Sequence record: CAXNAD020000071.1
Reading direction: 5' to 3' (one strand)
Length of the DNA: 32,000 bases
A program made the position numbers and the translations under genes. This document shows positions 10,526-19,273 of the stretch, in pieces (within the stretch, counting starts at the first letter, position 1; the number at the start of each line of letters is the position of its first letter). Under the pieces are notes generated by a model. It did no database searches and had not been told where the DNA came from. It was given only the letters and a program-made list of their open reading frames with translations.

Positions 10526-10592
10526 AATGTGTCACTTAATAAGGTCGATTTTATAATATATAATATCGGAGGTTCAAATCCTCCTCACATTA
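10526..10592 (+). other. tRNA-like remnant: intact T arm and 6/7-bp acceptor stem, but no foldable D or anticodon arm
   Basis: T arm GGAGG-TTCAAAT-CCTCC (10568-10584) is flanked by AATGTGT (10526-10532) and TCACATT (10585-10591). Only 35 AT-rich nt lie between them, and I could not fold these into D plus anticodon arms. Confidence 0.25.
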
Positions 10593-10613
10593 AATGTCTA
10601 AATTTATTTAATA

Positions 10614-10685
10614 AGGCCTATAACTCAGGGGTAGAGTATACGCCTGATAAGCGTAAAGTCAGTAGTTCAAATCTACTTAGGCCTA
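10614..10685 (+). tRNA. trnI(gau): tRNA-Ile (anticodon GAT)
   Basis: Acceptor AGGCCTA/TAGGCCT, D arm ACTC..GAGT, anticodon arm TACGC-CTGATAA-GCGTA, T arm AGTAG-TTCAAAT-CTACT. Confidence 0.85.
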
Positions 10686-10686
10686 C

Positions 10687-11448
10687 ATGTTTGAAAAAAG
10701 TATAAAAACTTTAGATTTCTCTCAAATACCTGAATTATTTTGGCCTGGGATTCCTATTTTTTTAGGAGTATATTTGGTTGGTCACGGTATTCATTTATTG
10801 GCTGAGGTTTGTTCAGGTTCTACTCTTAATAATGAGCCTGACAAATCCAGCAATAAAGATATCGATAAAAATCCTCAGGAATCCTCCCCTGAGTCATCCC
10901 CTGAATTTGACAGTGAGGATGAAGAAGAGAGGCTTATTAGATATTTTGAGCTAAAAACCACCCCCGATGAGGAGGAAAGGATTGCAAAATATAATAAGAT
11001 GATAGAGGAGACGAATCGAGAAATCGATAAACTCCGTCAACAGATTTATACCCAGGAACATCCGGACCTGGGCCAAAGTGGTGACGGTGGTGATGATGAT
11101 AATAATAAATTTAATCTGATTAAATTTATTATTGAAAAAATCACCTCTAATATCGATTGTTTTTCTGGTATTCTTGTAAATGTGTTGCCTGACTTTATCG
11201 TATCTACGATAGGGCTTTTTTTACCTTTACCTTTTGTGTTATGCAAGAAGGTTTTTCTATTGTATAGAAAAATGGGTTATTTGATTGTTCGAGCCACAGG
11301 TATCGAATTTTATAATGTATTTTTACCTAAATGGACAAAATATGTTATTTTTAAAAATAATTTCCCTATTGCATTTCTTTTAGGTAAAGCTGTAATTGGT
11401 TTATTCTATTTTGTGCTTGGTTATGGTCTTTTGTATATGTATCTTTGA
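10687..11448 (+). CDS. hypothetical membrane protein orf253 (N-terminal TM, acidic or coiled-coil middle, hydrophobic C-terminus)
   Basis: ATG-initiated 253-codon ORF that exactly fills the trnI-trnK interval. Predicted TM segments lie near residues 15-45 and in the last ~100 residues. The middle part is acidic and low-complexity. No recognisable family. Confidence 0.55.
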   Translation: MFEKSIKTLDFSQIPELFWPGIPIFLGVYLVGHGIHLLAEVCSGSTLNNEPDKSSNKDIDKNPQESSPESSPEFDSEDEEERLIRYFELKTTPDEEERIAKYNKMIEETNREIDKLRQQIYTQEHPDLGQSGDGGDDDNNKFNLIKFIIEKITSNIDCFSGILVNVLPDFIVSTIGLFLPLPFVLCKKVFLLYRKMGYLIVRATGIEFYNVFLPKWTKYVIFKNNFPIAFLLGKAVIGLFYFVLGYGLLYMYL

Positions 11449-11473
11449 ATTGGATACTACTACATAATTGTTC

Positions 11474-11546
11474 TGTCGTATAGCTCAGTTGGTAGAGCAT
11501 TGGATTTTTAATCCAGTGGTCCAGGGTTCAAGCCCCTGTATGACTA
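11474..11546 (+). tRNA. trnK(uuu): tRNA-Lys (anticodon TTT)
   Basis: D arm GCTC..GAGC, anticodon arm TTGGA-TTTTTAA-TCCAG, T arm CAGGG-TTCAAGC-CCCTG. The acceptor TGTCGTA/TATGACT has a U1-U72 mismatch in my fold. Confidence 0.8.
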
Positions 11547-11587
11547 TATAATGTTAACCTTAATTAACATTTTTAATTGCTATTTTT

Positions 11588-11866
11588 ATGCCTCAATTTG
11601 ATCATATTAGTTTTTTTAACCAAGTTTTTTGGTTAGTTATTTTATTTTGTAGTTTTTATTTTTGTACAGTATGGTTTAGTCTTCCTTTGTTAGCAAGTAG
11701 TTTGAAGGCTCGTCGTAAAAAGGAAGTATTAGAATCAATAATGGTTTTAAATTATAACAAAAATTTAAAATATTCTCGTCCTTTATCCAATCATAATAAA
11801 GTACGAGTTACAAAGCTTTCAGGTTTTAGTTTATCTGCTAGTTCTGGGTTTTATGTTTTTTTTTAA
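11588..11866 (+). CDS. atp8: ATP synthase F0 subunit 8
   Basis: The MPQFD N-terminus followed by a single TM helix and a basic tail is the canonical ATP8 (ymf19) pattern. Confidence 0.85.
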   Translation: MPQFDHISFFNQVFWLVILFCSFYFCTVWFSLPLLASSLKARRKKEVLESIMVLNYNKNLKYSRPLSNHNKVRVTKLSGFSLSASSGFYVFF

Positions 11867-11869
11867 TTA

Positions 11870-12418
11870 ATGTCCGTATATTTTATAAATCATTTAACTA
11901 CTCTTCTTCCCTTACGCAGTTATTATATCTTCGATAAAGAAATTATTATTATGGTTGATAAAAAAGATCTTTTTTATTGTTTATCTTTTTTAAAATACCA
12001 TACAAATACCCAGTTTAAAATTTTGACTTGTATTTCTGGAGTGGATTATCCTGAAAAATATGATCGTTTTGAGATCGTTTACGATTTATTAAGTTTGAGT
12101 TTTAATACTCGTATTCGTATTAAAACTCAAACTAAAGAAGTTGAGCCTATTTCTTCTATTGTTAGTATTTTTTCTGGAGCAAATTGGTGGGAAAGAGAAA
12201 TTTGGGATTTATTCGGAGTTTTTTTTTCTTCTCACCCAGATCTTCGTCGTATTCTAACAGATTATGGTTTTGAGGGTCATCCAATACGAAAAGATTTTCC
12301 ATTATCTGGTTATTCTGAACTTAGATATGATGAAGAGCAAAAACTTGTTATTTATGAAAATTTAGAGCTTGGTCAGGAGTTTCGGGCTTTTAATTTTCAT
12401 ACTCCTTGGTCTAATTAA
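11870..12418 (+). CDS. nad9: NADH dehydrogenase subunit 9
   Basis: ..GVDYPE...RFEIVY.LLS.., ..[44 protein letters not shown] are canonical NAD9 motifs. Confidence 0.95.
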   Translation: MSVYFINHLTTLLPLRSYYIFDKEIIIMVDKKDLFYCLSFLKYHTNTQFKILTCISGVDYPEKYDRFEIVYDLLSLSFNTRIRIKTQTKEVEPISSIVSIFSGANWWEREIWDLFGVFFSSHPDLRRILTDYGFEGHPIRKDFPLSGYSELRYDEEQKLVIYENLELGQEFRAFNFHTPWSN

Positions 12419-12447
12419 TTGTTATTTAGGGCTTGTTTATAATTTTT

Positions 12448-13605
12448 ATGTCAAGATGGAATGTTAATACTCTAACAGCGTGGTTTGACTCTCATATTAT
12501 TGATTATCCCACTGCAATAAATTTAAATTATACTTGGAGTTTTGGTTCAGCTGCTGGCTTTTGTCTTGCTATTCAAATTTTAAGTGGAACTTTTCTTGCT
12601 ATACATTATACAGGTGAAATTAATTATGCTTTCTCCAGTGTAGAATACATTATACGTGATGTAAATAATGGCTGGTTAATTCGTTATTTACATGCAAATG
12701 GAGCATCTTTTTTTTTTATTGTTGTATATTGTCATTTATTTCGTGGTTTATATTATGGTTCTTTTAATGAACCTCGTCAATTTTTATGGTGGTCTGGTAT
12801 TGTTATTTTTTTATTGATGATAGCGACTGCTTTTTTGGGTTATGTTTTACCTTGGGGTCAAATAAGTTTTTGGGGTGTTACTGTAATTACTAATCTCTTT
12901 TCCATTATTCCTGTTTATAGTGGGACTTTTGTTATATGGCTTTGGGGTGGTTATACAGTAGGAAATCCAACTTTAAATCGTTTTTATAGTTTACATTATA
13001 TTTTACCTTTTGTTATTGCTGGTTTAGTTTTTGTTCATCTGGGTTTATTGCATAAAGATGGTTCTAATAATCCAATAGGAATTAAAAATAAATTAGCTAA
13101 TTTAGATTTTTATCCTTATTTTTATGTTAAAGATTTAGTAGGTTTTTTTGTTTTACTTGCTTTTTTATCTTTTTTTACTTTTTATATACCTAATTATTTA
13201 GGTCATCCAGATAATTATATCCCGGCTGATTCTATTAAAACACCTCTACATATTGTTCCTGAATGGTATTTTCTTCCTTTTTATGCAGTTTTAAAAGCAA
13301 TTCCCCATAAAACTGGAGGTATTTTAGCTATAGGTGGTGCAATTTTTATTTTTTTTCTTATTCCATTTTTAAATCGTCCTGGTATTAGAAGTGGTAATTT
13401 TCGTCCTATTTATGAATTTTTTTTTTGTGTTTTTGCCGGTAATTTTTTTATTTTAATTTGGTCAGGCGCGTGTCCTTCAAATGATGAATTCTTTGAATTA
13501 TGTAATAGGATTCTTACTGCATTTTATTTTCTTTTCTTTTATATCAGTAATTATACTTCAGGTATTTGGGAAAAGGATTTTAATCGTATTCTATTAAAAA
13601 AATGA
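12448..13605 (+). CDS. cob: apocytochrome b
   Basis: ..NLNY.WSFGS.., ..[21 protein letters not shown].., ..[11 protein letters not shown].. The ORF-track start at 12433 is TTG and the first in-frame ATG is at 12448. The TGA stop overlaps the rpl31 ATG (ATGA). Confidence 0.95.
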   Translation: MSRWNVNTLTAWFDSHIIDYPTAINLNYTWSFGSAAGFCLAIQILSGTFLAIHYTGEINYAFSSVEYIIRDVNNGWLIRYLHANGASFFFIVVYCHLFRGLYYGSFNEPRQFLWWSGIVIFLLMIATAFLGYVLPWGQISFWGVTVITNLFSIIPVYSGTFVIWLWGGYTVGNPTLNRFYSLHYILPFVIAGLVFVHLGLLHKDGSNNPIGIKNKLANLDFYPYFYVKDLVGFFVLLAFLSFFTFYIPNYLGHPDNYIPADSIKTPLHIVPEWYFLPFYAVLKAIPHKTGGILAIGGAIFIFFLIPFLNRPGIRSGNFRPIYEFFFCVFAGNFFILIWSGACPSNDEFFELCNRILTAFYFLFFYISNYTSGIWEKDFNRILLKK

Positions 13606-13823
13606 AAATAGTGCGTAGTATAACTTTTTTTTCAGATGGAAGTTCTTCTTTTTTAAGTCGTCCCTATCTCTGTACTTCACTTTTTTTTAATATACAATTA
13701 CATGATGTAGATAATCATTCATTTTGGTCAGGCCATAAGGTAAAAGATCAAACTCAAGTTTCTGCTTTTGTTTCTACCTTTTTCGAAGTAAATCGTATTT
13801 TGGAAAAAAAAAATTCTTTATAA
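13602..13823 (+). CDS. rpl31: ribosomal protein L31 (divergent, Cys-less)
   Basis: 73-aa ORF. The MKIVRSITF.. N-terminus and ..[26 protein letters not shown] align by eye with bacterial L31 ..[14 protein letters not shown]...DT.GRV.KF.KRF. rpl31 is a known ochrophyte mitochondrial gene. Confidence 0.6.
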   Translation: MKIVRSITFFSDGSSSFLSRPYLCTSLFFNIQLHDVDNHSFWSGHKVKDQTQVSAFVSTFFEVNRILEKKNSL

Positions 13824-13839
13824 TTATAATTTTATACCT

Positions 13840-14739
13840 ATGAAAAAACCCTCAGATTTAAAACCCCCCTCAAATTCAAAAAAAAAATTAGATTATGATT
13901 CTATTGAGGATTATGTTATTGTTTTTACTAGCGCAGTGTGTCTTACAATTTTATATTTTGAGAATGGTGAAATGGATGCAGCCAACCCTTGGCAGTTAGG
14001 TTTTCAAGATCCTGCCACTCCTATTATAGAAGGTATTATTTATTTTAATAACCAATTAATATTTCTTATGATTGTTGTTGGTAGTTTTGTTTGTTGGATA
14101 TTATACCGTGCTTTAACTTTATTTAATAAGGATATTCATCCAACACCTATTATTTTTACGCATTCGACTGATTTGGAAGTAGTTTGGACTATTACTCCAG
14201 CTTTAATTCTTATAATTATTGGTTTTCCTTCTTTTGCTCTTCTTTATTCTATAGGTGAGATAATTGATCCTTCTATTACTTTGAAAGTCGTAGGACATCA
14301 ATGGTATTGGTCTTATGAATATTCAGATTATCTTTCTTGGTCTGATAATAATAAATCTATTCTTTTTGATTCTTATCTTATTCCCGAGGAGGATCTTTCT
14401 ATTCCAAAACCATATGGCCCTAAAGCAAAAGTTGGTACTGTTTTGCGCTTATTAGAAGTAGATAATCGTGTTATTCTACCTGTTAATACACATATTAGAG
14501 TTTTAGTTACATCAGCTGATGTTTTACATTCTTGGGCTGTTCCTAGTTTAGGTGTAAAAGTTGATTCTTGTCCTGGTAGATTAAATCAGATTTGTCTTTT
14601 TTTAAAACGTAAGTCAGTTTTTTATGGTCAATGTAGTGAAATTTGTGGAGTTAATCATGGTTTTATACCTATTGTGGTTCAATCAGTTAGTATGGAAAAT
14701 TATATTAGTTGGATTGGGAAAAGATTAAAAGAAGATTAA
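13840..14739 (+). CDS. cox2: cytochrome c oxidase subunit 2
   Basis: ..[12 protein letters not shown].., ..[13 protein letters not shown].., ..[11 protein letters not shown].., ..[23 protein letters not shown].., ..[13 protein letters not shown]. An alternative start ATG at 13972 (MDAANPWQ..) would remove a 44-aa N-terminal extension. Confidence 0.93.
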   Translation: MKKPSDLKPPSNSKKKLDYDSIEDYVIVFTSAVCLTILYFENGEMDAANPWQLGFQDPATPIIEGIIYFNNQLIFLMIVVGSFVCWILYRALTLFNKDIHPTPIIFTHSTDLEVVWTITPALILIIIGFPSFALLYSIGEIIDPSITLKVVGHQWYWSYEYSDYLSWSDNNKSILFDSYLIPEEDLSIPKPYGPKAKVGTVLRLLEVDNRVILPVNTHIRVLVTSADVLHSWAVPSLGVKVDSCPGRLNQICLFLKRKSVFYGQCSEICGVNHGFIPIVVQSVSMENYISWIGKRLKED

Positions 14740-16181
14740 TGTCAATTTTATCTTTTCTTTTAATCTTTTTATTTTTTGGTCTAGTAATTCTAAGTTTTAT
14801 TCCATCAACCCAAAAAATATTACTTAAACAATTTGCTTTAAGTATTTCTTCATTAGCTTTTGTATTATCTTTATTACTTTGGGTTAAATTTGATCAATCG
14901 ACTTCAGATTTTCAATTTGTAATTGAATCTTTATGGTTACCTATATTGAATATTAATTTTATTTTAGGAGTTGATGGAATTTCTCTTTTTTTTATTCTAC
15001 TTACAACTTTAATTTTTCCAATTTGTTTTTTAGCTTCTTGGTCTTCTATTAAAACAGATTTAAAATCTTATTTGATTTGTTTTTTAAGTATAGAAATTAT
15101 TTTAATTTTAGTTTTTACTAGTTTGGATCTTTTACTTTTTTATATTTTTTTTGAAACTGTTTTGATTCCTATATTTTTAGTTATTGGGTTATGGGGTTCA
15201 CGTCAGCGTAAAGTTCGTGCTGCTTATTTTTTCTTTCTTTATACATTATTAGGTTCTTTATTTATATTATTAGGTGTTGTTTATATTTATCATTTTGTTG
15301 GAACAACAAATTATGAAGTTTTGTTAAGTTTAGATATTACTATATCTGATCAGTGTTGGTTATGGCTTGCTTTTTTTGCTTCTTTTGCTACAAAAGTCCC
15401 TATACTTCCCGTTCATATTTGGCTTCCTGAAGCTCATGTAGAAGCTCCTACGGCAGGTTCTGTTATTTTAGCAGGAATTCTTTTAAAATTAGGTACATAT
15501 GGCTTTTTACGCTTCTCATTAGCCTTATTTCCTTTGGCTACTATTTATTTTACTCCTTTAGTATTTAGTATTAGTCTTTTAGGTGTTGTTTATACTTCTT
15601 TAACGGCAATTCGCCAAACTGATCTTAAACGTTTAATTGCTTATACTTCGGTAGCACATATAAATTTGGTAATAATTGGTTTATTCACAGCAGGGGGTTT
15701 GGGTATTGAAGCAGGAATTATTCAGTCATTAAGTCATGGTTTTGTTTCTTCTGCTCTTTTTTTAGCTATTGGTGTTGTTTATGATCGTTGGCATACTAGA
15801 GTAGTTCAATACTACGGAGGATTGGTTCATACAATACCTATTTTTATTATTATTTTTTTATTTTTTACTATAGCGAATTTAGGGTTACCCGGAACTAGTA
15901 GTTTTGTTGGAGAATTTCTTATTTTGATTTCAGCTTTTCAGGCTAATACTTTAGCCTGTTTTTTAGGGGCAACTTCTATAATTTTTAGTGGTGCATATTC
16001 CTTATGGTTATTCAATCGTATAGCTTATGGGAATTTAAAAATAGCAGGTTTTGATCTTAATTTACGTGAATTTCTTACTTTTTTACCTTTAATTATAGGA
16101 ACTTTAGTTATGGGTATTTATCCAAATCCTTTTATTCAGCCTATTCACGCTAGTATTAATCATTTAGTAGCCGGTTTTTAA
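14739..16181 (+). CDS. nad4: NADH dehydrogenase subunit 4
   Basis: ..FE..LIP.F..IG.WGSRQRK..A..YFF.YTL.GS.., ..KVP..P.HIWLPEAHVEAPTAGSVILAGILLKLG.YGFLRF. The ORF-track start at 14709 is TTG inside cox2. The ATG at 14739 shares one nt with the cox2 TAA (TAATG). Confidence 0.95.
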   Translation: MSILSFLLIFLFFGLVILSFIPSTQKILLKQFALSISSLAFVLSLLLWVKFDQSTSDFQFVIESLWLPILNINFILGVDGISLFFILLTTLIFPICFLASWSSIKTDLKSYLICFLSIEIILILVFTSLDLLLFYIFFETVLIPIFLVIGLWGSRQRKVRAAYFFFLYTLLGSLFILLGVVYIYHFVGTTNYEVLLSLDITISDQCWLWLAFFASFATKVPILPVHIWLPEAHVEAPTAGSVILAGILLKLGTYGFLRFSLALFPLATIYFTPLVFSISLLGVVYTSLTAIRQTDLKRLIAYTSVAHINLVIIGLFTAGGLGIEAGIIQSLSHGFVSSALFLAIGVVYDRWHTRVVQYYGGLVHTIPIFIIIFLFFTIANLGLPGTSSFVGEFLILISAFQANTLACFLGATSIIFSGAYSLWLFNRIAYGNLKIAGFDLNLREFLTFLPLIIGTLVMGIYPNPFIQPIHASINHLVAGF

Positions 16182-16220
16182 TTATTATATAATGATATAA
16201 TTTGGCTTTTAAATGGTTGG

Positions 16221-16292
16221 GTTCTTTTCGTCTAGCGGTTAGGACATTGCTCTTTCACGGCAAAGACGCGGGTTCAACTCCCGTAGAGAACA
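16221..16292 (+). tRNA. trnE(uuc): tRNA-Glu (anticodon TTC)
   Basis: Acceptor GTTCTTT/AGAGAAC, D arm GTCT..GGAC, anticodon arm TTGCT-CTTTCAC-GGCAA, T arm GCGGG-TTCAACT-CCCGT. Confidence 0.85.
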
Positions 16293-16300
16293 CTTCCTAC

Positions 16301-18280
16301 ATGTATTTAAATATTGTTTTTTTACCGTTATTAGGTTCCATCGCAACAGGTTTTTTTGGCCGTTTTTTAGGTGGAAAGGGAGCGAGTCTTGTGAGTACAT
16401 TTTGTGTGGGTTTAAGTTTTTGTTTAAGTGGTATTGTTTTTTATGAAGTTGGTTTAGCTGGTAGTGCATGTTATATTCGTCTTATAACTTGGCTAGACGT
16501 AGATATTTTTCATGCTGATTGGGGGTTTTGTTTTGATAGTTTAACTGTAGTAATACTATTAGTTGTTACTTTTGTTTCTACTTTAGTACATTTATATTCT
16601 ACGGAATATATAAGAGAGGATCCACATATTTCCAGATTTTTGTCTTATCTTTCTCTTTTTACTTTTTTTATATTAATTTTGGTTACAGCAGATAATTTTA
16701 TTCAAATATTTGTTGGATGGGAAGGTGTGGGTCTTTGTTCTTATCTTTTGATTAATTTTTGGTTTACTAGGATTCAAGCGAATAAAGCTGCTATTAAAGC
16801 TATATTGGTAAATCGTGTAGGTGATTTTGGTTTAGCTTTAGGTATTTTTGCTATTTTTTATTCTTTTGGAGCGGTGGATTATTCTACTGTTTTTGCATTA
16901 GTACCACAATTCGTTGATTTTACTTTATGTTTTATTCTTATCGAATTTAATGCTTTAACTTTTATTTGTATTTTTCTTTTTGTAGGAGCTATTGGTAAAT
17001 CAGCTCAATTAGGTCTACACACATGGTTACCCGATGCCATGGAGGGTCCTACTCCAGTTTCTGCTCTTATTCATGCTGCTACTATGGTAACAGCAGGTGT
17101 TTTCCTTTTGGTTCGTTGTTCTCCTTTATTAGAATTTGCTCCAACTGTTCTATCGGTTATTAGTATTATTGGTGCTTTAACTGCTTTTTTTGCTGCTACA
17201 ACAGCAATTGTACAAAATGATTTAAAGCGTGTTATTGCTTATTCTACTTGTAGCCAACTTGGTTATATGGTTTTCGCTTGTGGTTTATCTAATTATTCAG
17301 TTGCTGTATTCCATTTAGCAAATCATGCTTTTTTTAAAGCACTTCTATTTTTAGGAGCTGGTTCTGTTATTCATGCTATAGGTGATGAACAAGATATAAG
17401 AAAAATAGGTGGTCTACGTAGGATTTTACCTTTTACTTATGCTATAATATTAATTGGTTCTCTTTCTTTAATAGGAATACCATTTCTTACAGGATTTTAT
17501 TCTAAAGATCTTATCTTAGAAGTAGCATATGCTAATTATAGTTTAGTTTCTCACTTTTCTTATTGGTGTGGTGTTTTAGCGGCTTCTTGTACTGCTTTTT
17601 ATTCTATTCGTTTAATTAGTCTTTGTTTTCTTTCAAAACCAAATGGAAATCGTTTAATTTTATTATCAGCCTCTGAAAGTAGTTGGCCTATTGCTACTTC
17701 TTTAGGTATTTTAGCTATTCCTAGTATTTTTATTGGCTATATTGGCCGTGATCTTTTTGTAGGTTTAGGTACCAATTTTTGGTCAAATGCTATTTTTAAT
17801 TTACCAACTACCATTAGTGCTCTAGATTTTGAATTCATACCTATTTTTTTTAAAATTTTGCCATTATTTTTTAGTATAACTGCAGGTATTTTATCTTTTA
17901 TTTTTTACATTTATTATAATCATTTATTGTTTTCTTGTAAGATATCTTTTTCTGGAAGGAAATTATATACTTTTTTAAATCGTAAATGGTTTTTTGATAA
18001 AGTTTATAACGATATTATTGGTCAAAAAATTTTAAATTTTGGATATCATTTTACGTATAAAGCTATTGATAGGGGTTTAATTGAAAGTTTAGGTCCTTAT
18101 GGGTTAATAACAGTAATTTTAGGTCAAGTTAACAAAACACGAAATTGGCATTCTGGTATTTTATATCATTATTCTCTTGTTATAATTTTTGGTATTTTCT
18201 TTTTATATGAGTCTTTTCAATTTATTTCTGAACTTAAATTTAATATTTTTTTAATTTTTGTTAGTTTAGCTTTATTTTAA
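16301..18280 (+). CDS. nad5: NADH dehydrogenase subunit 5
   Basis: Canonical start MYLNIVFLPLLGS.., ..FVGWEGVGLCSYLLINFW.., ..KSAQLGLHTWLPDAMEGPTPVSALIHAATMVTAG.. The ORF-track extension from 16202 reads through trnE and is rejected. Confidence 0.95.
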   Translation: MYLNIVFLPLLGSIATGFFGRFLGGKGASLVSTFCVGLSFCLSGIVFYEVGLAGSACYIRLITWLDVDIFHADWGFCFDSLTVVILLVVTFVSTLVHLYSTEYIREDPHISRFLSYLSLFTFFILILVTADNFIQIFVGWEGVGLCSYLLINFWFTRIQANKAAIKAILVNRVGDFGLALGIFAIFYSFGAVDYSTVFALVPQFVDFTLCFILIEFNALTFICIFLFVGAIGKSAQLGLHTWLPDAMEGPTPVSALIHAATMVTAGVFLLVRCSPLLEFAPTVLSVISIIGALTAFFAATTAIVQNDLKRVIAYSTCSQLGYMVFACGLSNYSVAVFHLANHAFFKALLFLGAGSVIHAIGDEQDIRKIGGLRRILPFTYAIILIGSLSLIGIPFLTGFYSKDLILEVAYANYSLVSHFSYWCGVLAASCTAFYSIRLISLCFLSKPNGNRLILLSASESSWPIATSLGILAIPSIFIGYIGRDLFVGLGTNFWSNAIFNLPTTISALDFEFIPIFFKILPLFFSITAGILSFIFYIYYNHLLFSCKISFSGRKLYTFLNRKWFFDKVYNDIIGQKILNFGYHFTYKAIDRGLIESLGPYGLITVILGQVNKTRNWHSGILYHYSLVIIFGIFFLYESFQFISELKFNIFLIFVSLALF

Positions 18281-18440
18281 TTTATTTTTATTATGTCGTT
18301 GTATTATGAATATTCCTAAAATTTTAACATTTTCTTTCGTTGTATTTCTTTTTATTTGTAATTTTTCATAATCTAACCTATTAGTTTAGCTTTATTTTAA
18401 TTTAGCTTTACTATGGTGTTAGATTATGTATATTTTTCAA
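18261..18440 (+). repeat. direct repeat with 120-bp spacing: nad5 3' end plus a decayed nad6 5' start (18261-18320) versus the functional nad6 upstream region and start (18381-18440)
   Basis: The first 24 nt are identical (TTAGTTTAGCTTTATTTTAATTTA). By hand count, 49 of 60 positions match overall. Copy 1 contains ATG TCG TTG TAT TAT GAA TAT TCC TAA, against the nad6 start ATG GTG TTA GAT TAT GTA TAT TTT TCA. Confidence 0.7.
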
Positions 18441-19273
18441 TTTTTGGGTCATTAATTTTAGGTTTATCCTTGAAGGTAGTAACAACTCAGAATCCTGTTT
18501 ATTCTGTACTTTATTTGGTTTTAGTTTTTATTCTAAGTTCCATTTTTGTACTTAGTTTAGGGCTAGACTTTATAGCTTTGTTTTTTGTTTTAGTTTATGT
18601 TGGTGCTATTGCGGTTCTTTTTTTGTTTGTTGTTATAATATTAGATATTAAATTAGTAGAGTATCCTACACCTATTACATTTATTTTATTTTTTTTGTTA
18701 ATTTTAGCTATATATATATCTAATTTTGGTTTTTTTAGATTAGGACAAATTTTAAATAATTATCCTGGATTTTATTCTTGGATTTTTGAAATTCCTAATT
18801 TATATATGGATTTCAAATATAAAGAATATCATATACCAAGAACTTATAGTCATTGTTTAGCTCTTAAATTTGATAATACTATGGATTATTGGTCATGTTT
18901 GTTTGCACTTGACTTTAAATTTCTTAAAATAAATTTTTGGTTAAATTCATTAGATTTTACAACTTCAGCAAAAAATTTAGGTCATGTCTTATATACTTAC
19001 CATATAATTTTATTTATTATTGGTGGAATTATTTTATTAATCTCAATAGTAGGAGCTATTTCTTTAAGTCTTCAAGTTAATAAAACGGAATCTTTGACAC
19101 GTCAACTTGGTCGTCAACCCAATAATGCGATTTTTCTTACAGTATCTAGTAAAACTAAAATAGATATTTTAACTTTTCGTGATTTAGAGGTATGGCCACC
19201 TATATCCTCTGATACAAAAGAAAATTCTTATTTTTCAAGTAAAGAATATTTAAAAAATGAGAATTTTTATTAA
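18413..19273 (+). CDS. nad6: NADH dehydrogenase subunit 6 (long form with internal insertion and C-terminal extension)
   Basis: N-terminal ND6 pattern (..NPVYSVLYLVLVF......LGLDF.AL.FVLVYVGAIAVLFLFV.) and a distal conserved block (..LG..LYT.......GGIILL.S.VGAI.L.). Confidence 0.9.
   Translation: MVLDYVYFSIFGSLILGLSLKVVTTQNPVYSVLYLVLVFILSSIFVLSLGLDFIALFFVLVYVGAIAVLFLFVVIILDIKLVEYPTPITFILFFLLILAIYISNFGFFRLGQILNNYPGFYSWIFEIPNLYMDFKYKEYHIPRTYSHCLALKFDNTMDYWSCLFALDFKFLKINFWLNSLDFTTSAKNLGHVLYTYHIILFIIGGIILLISIVGAISLSLQVNKTESLTRQLGRQPNNAIFLTVSSKTKIDILTFRDLEVWPPISSDTKENSYFSSKEYLKNENFY

Noticed and set aside
16202-16300. N-terminal extension of the nad5 ORF. The ORF track shows the same kind of extension for rps8 from 27343 and for nad2 from 7438.
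   Set aside because: The extensions translate through tRNA genes (trnE, trnF and the trnR 3' end). A canonical start methionine with family-typical N-terminal sequence follows immediately after each tRNA.
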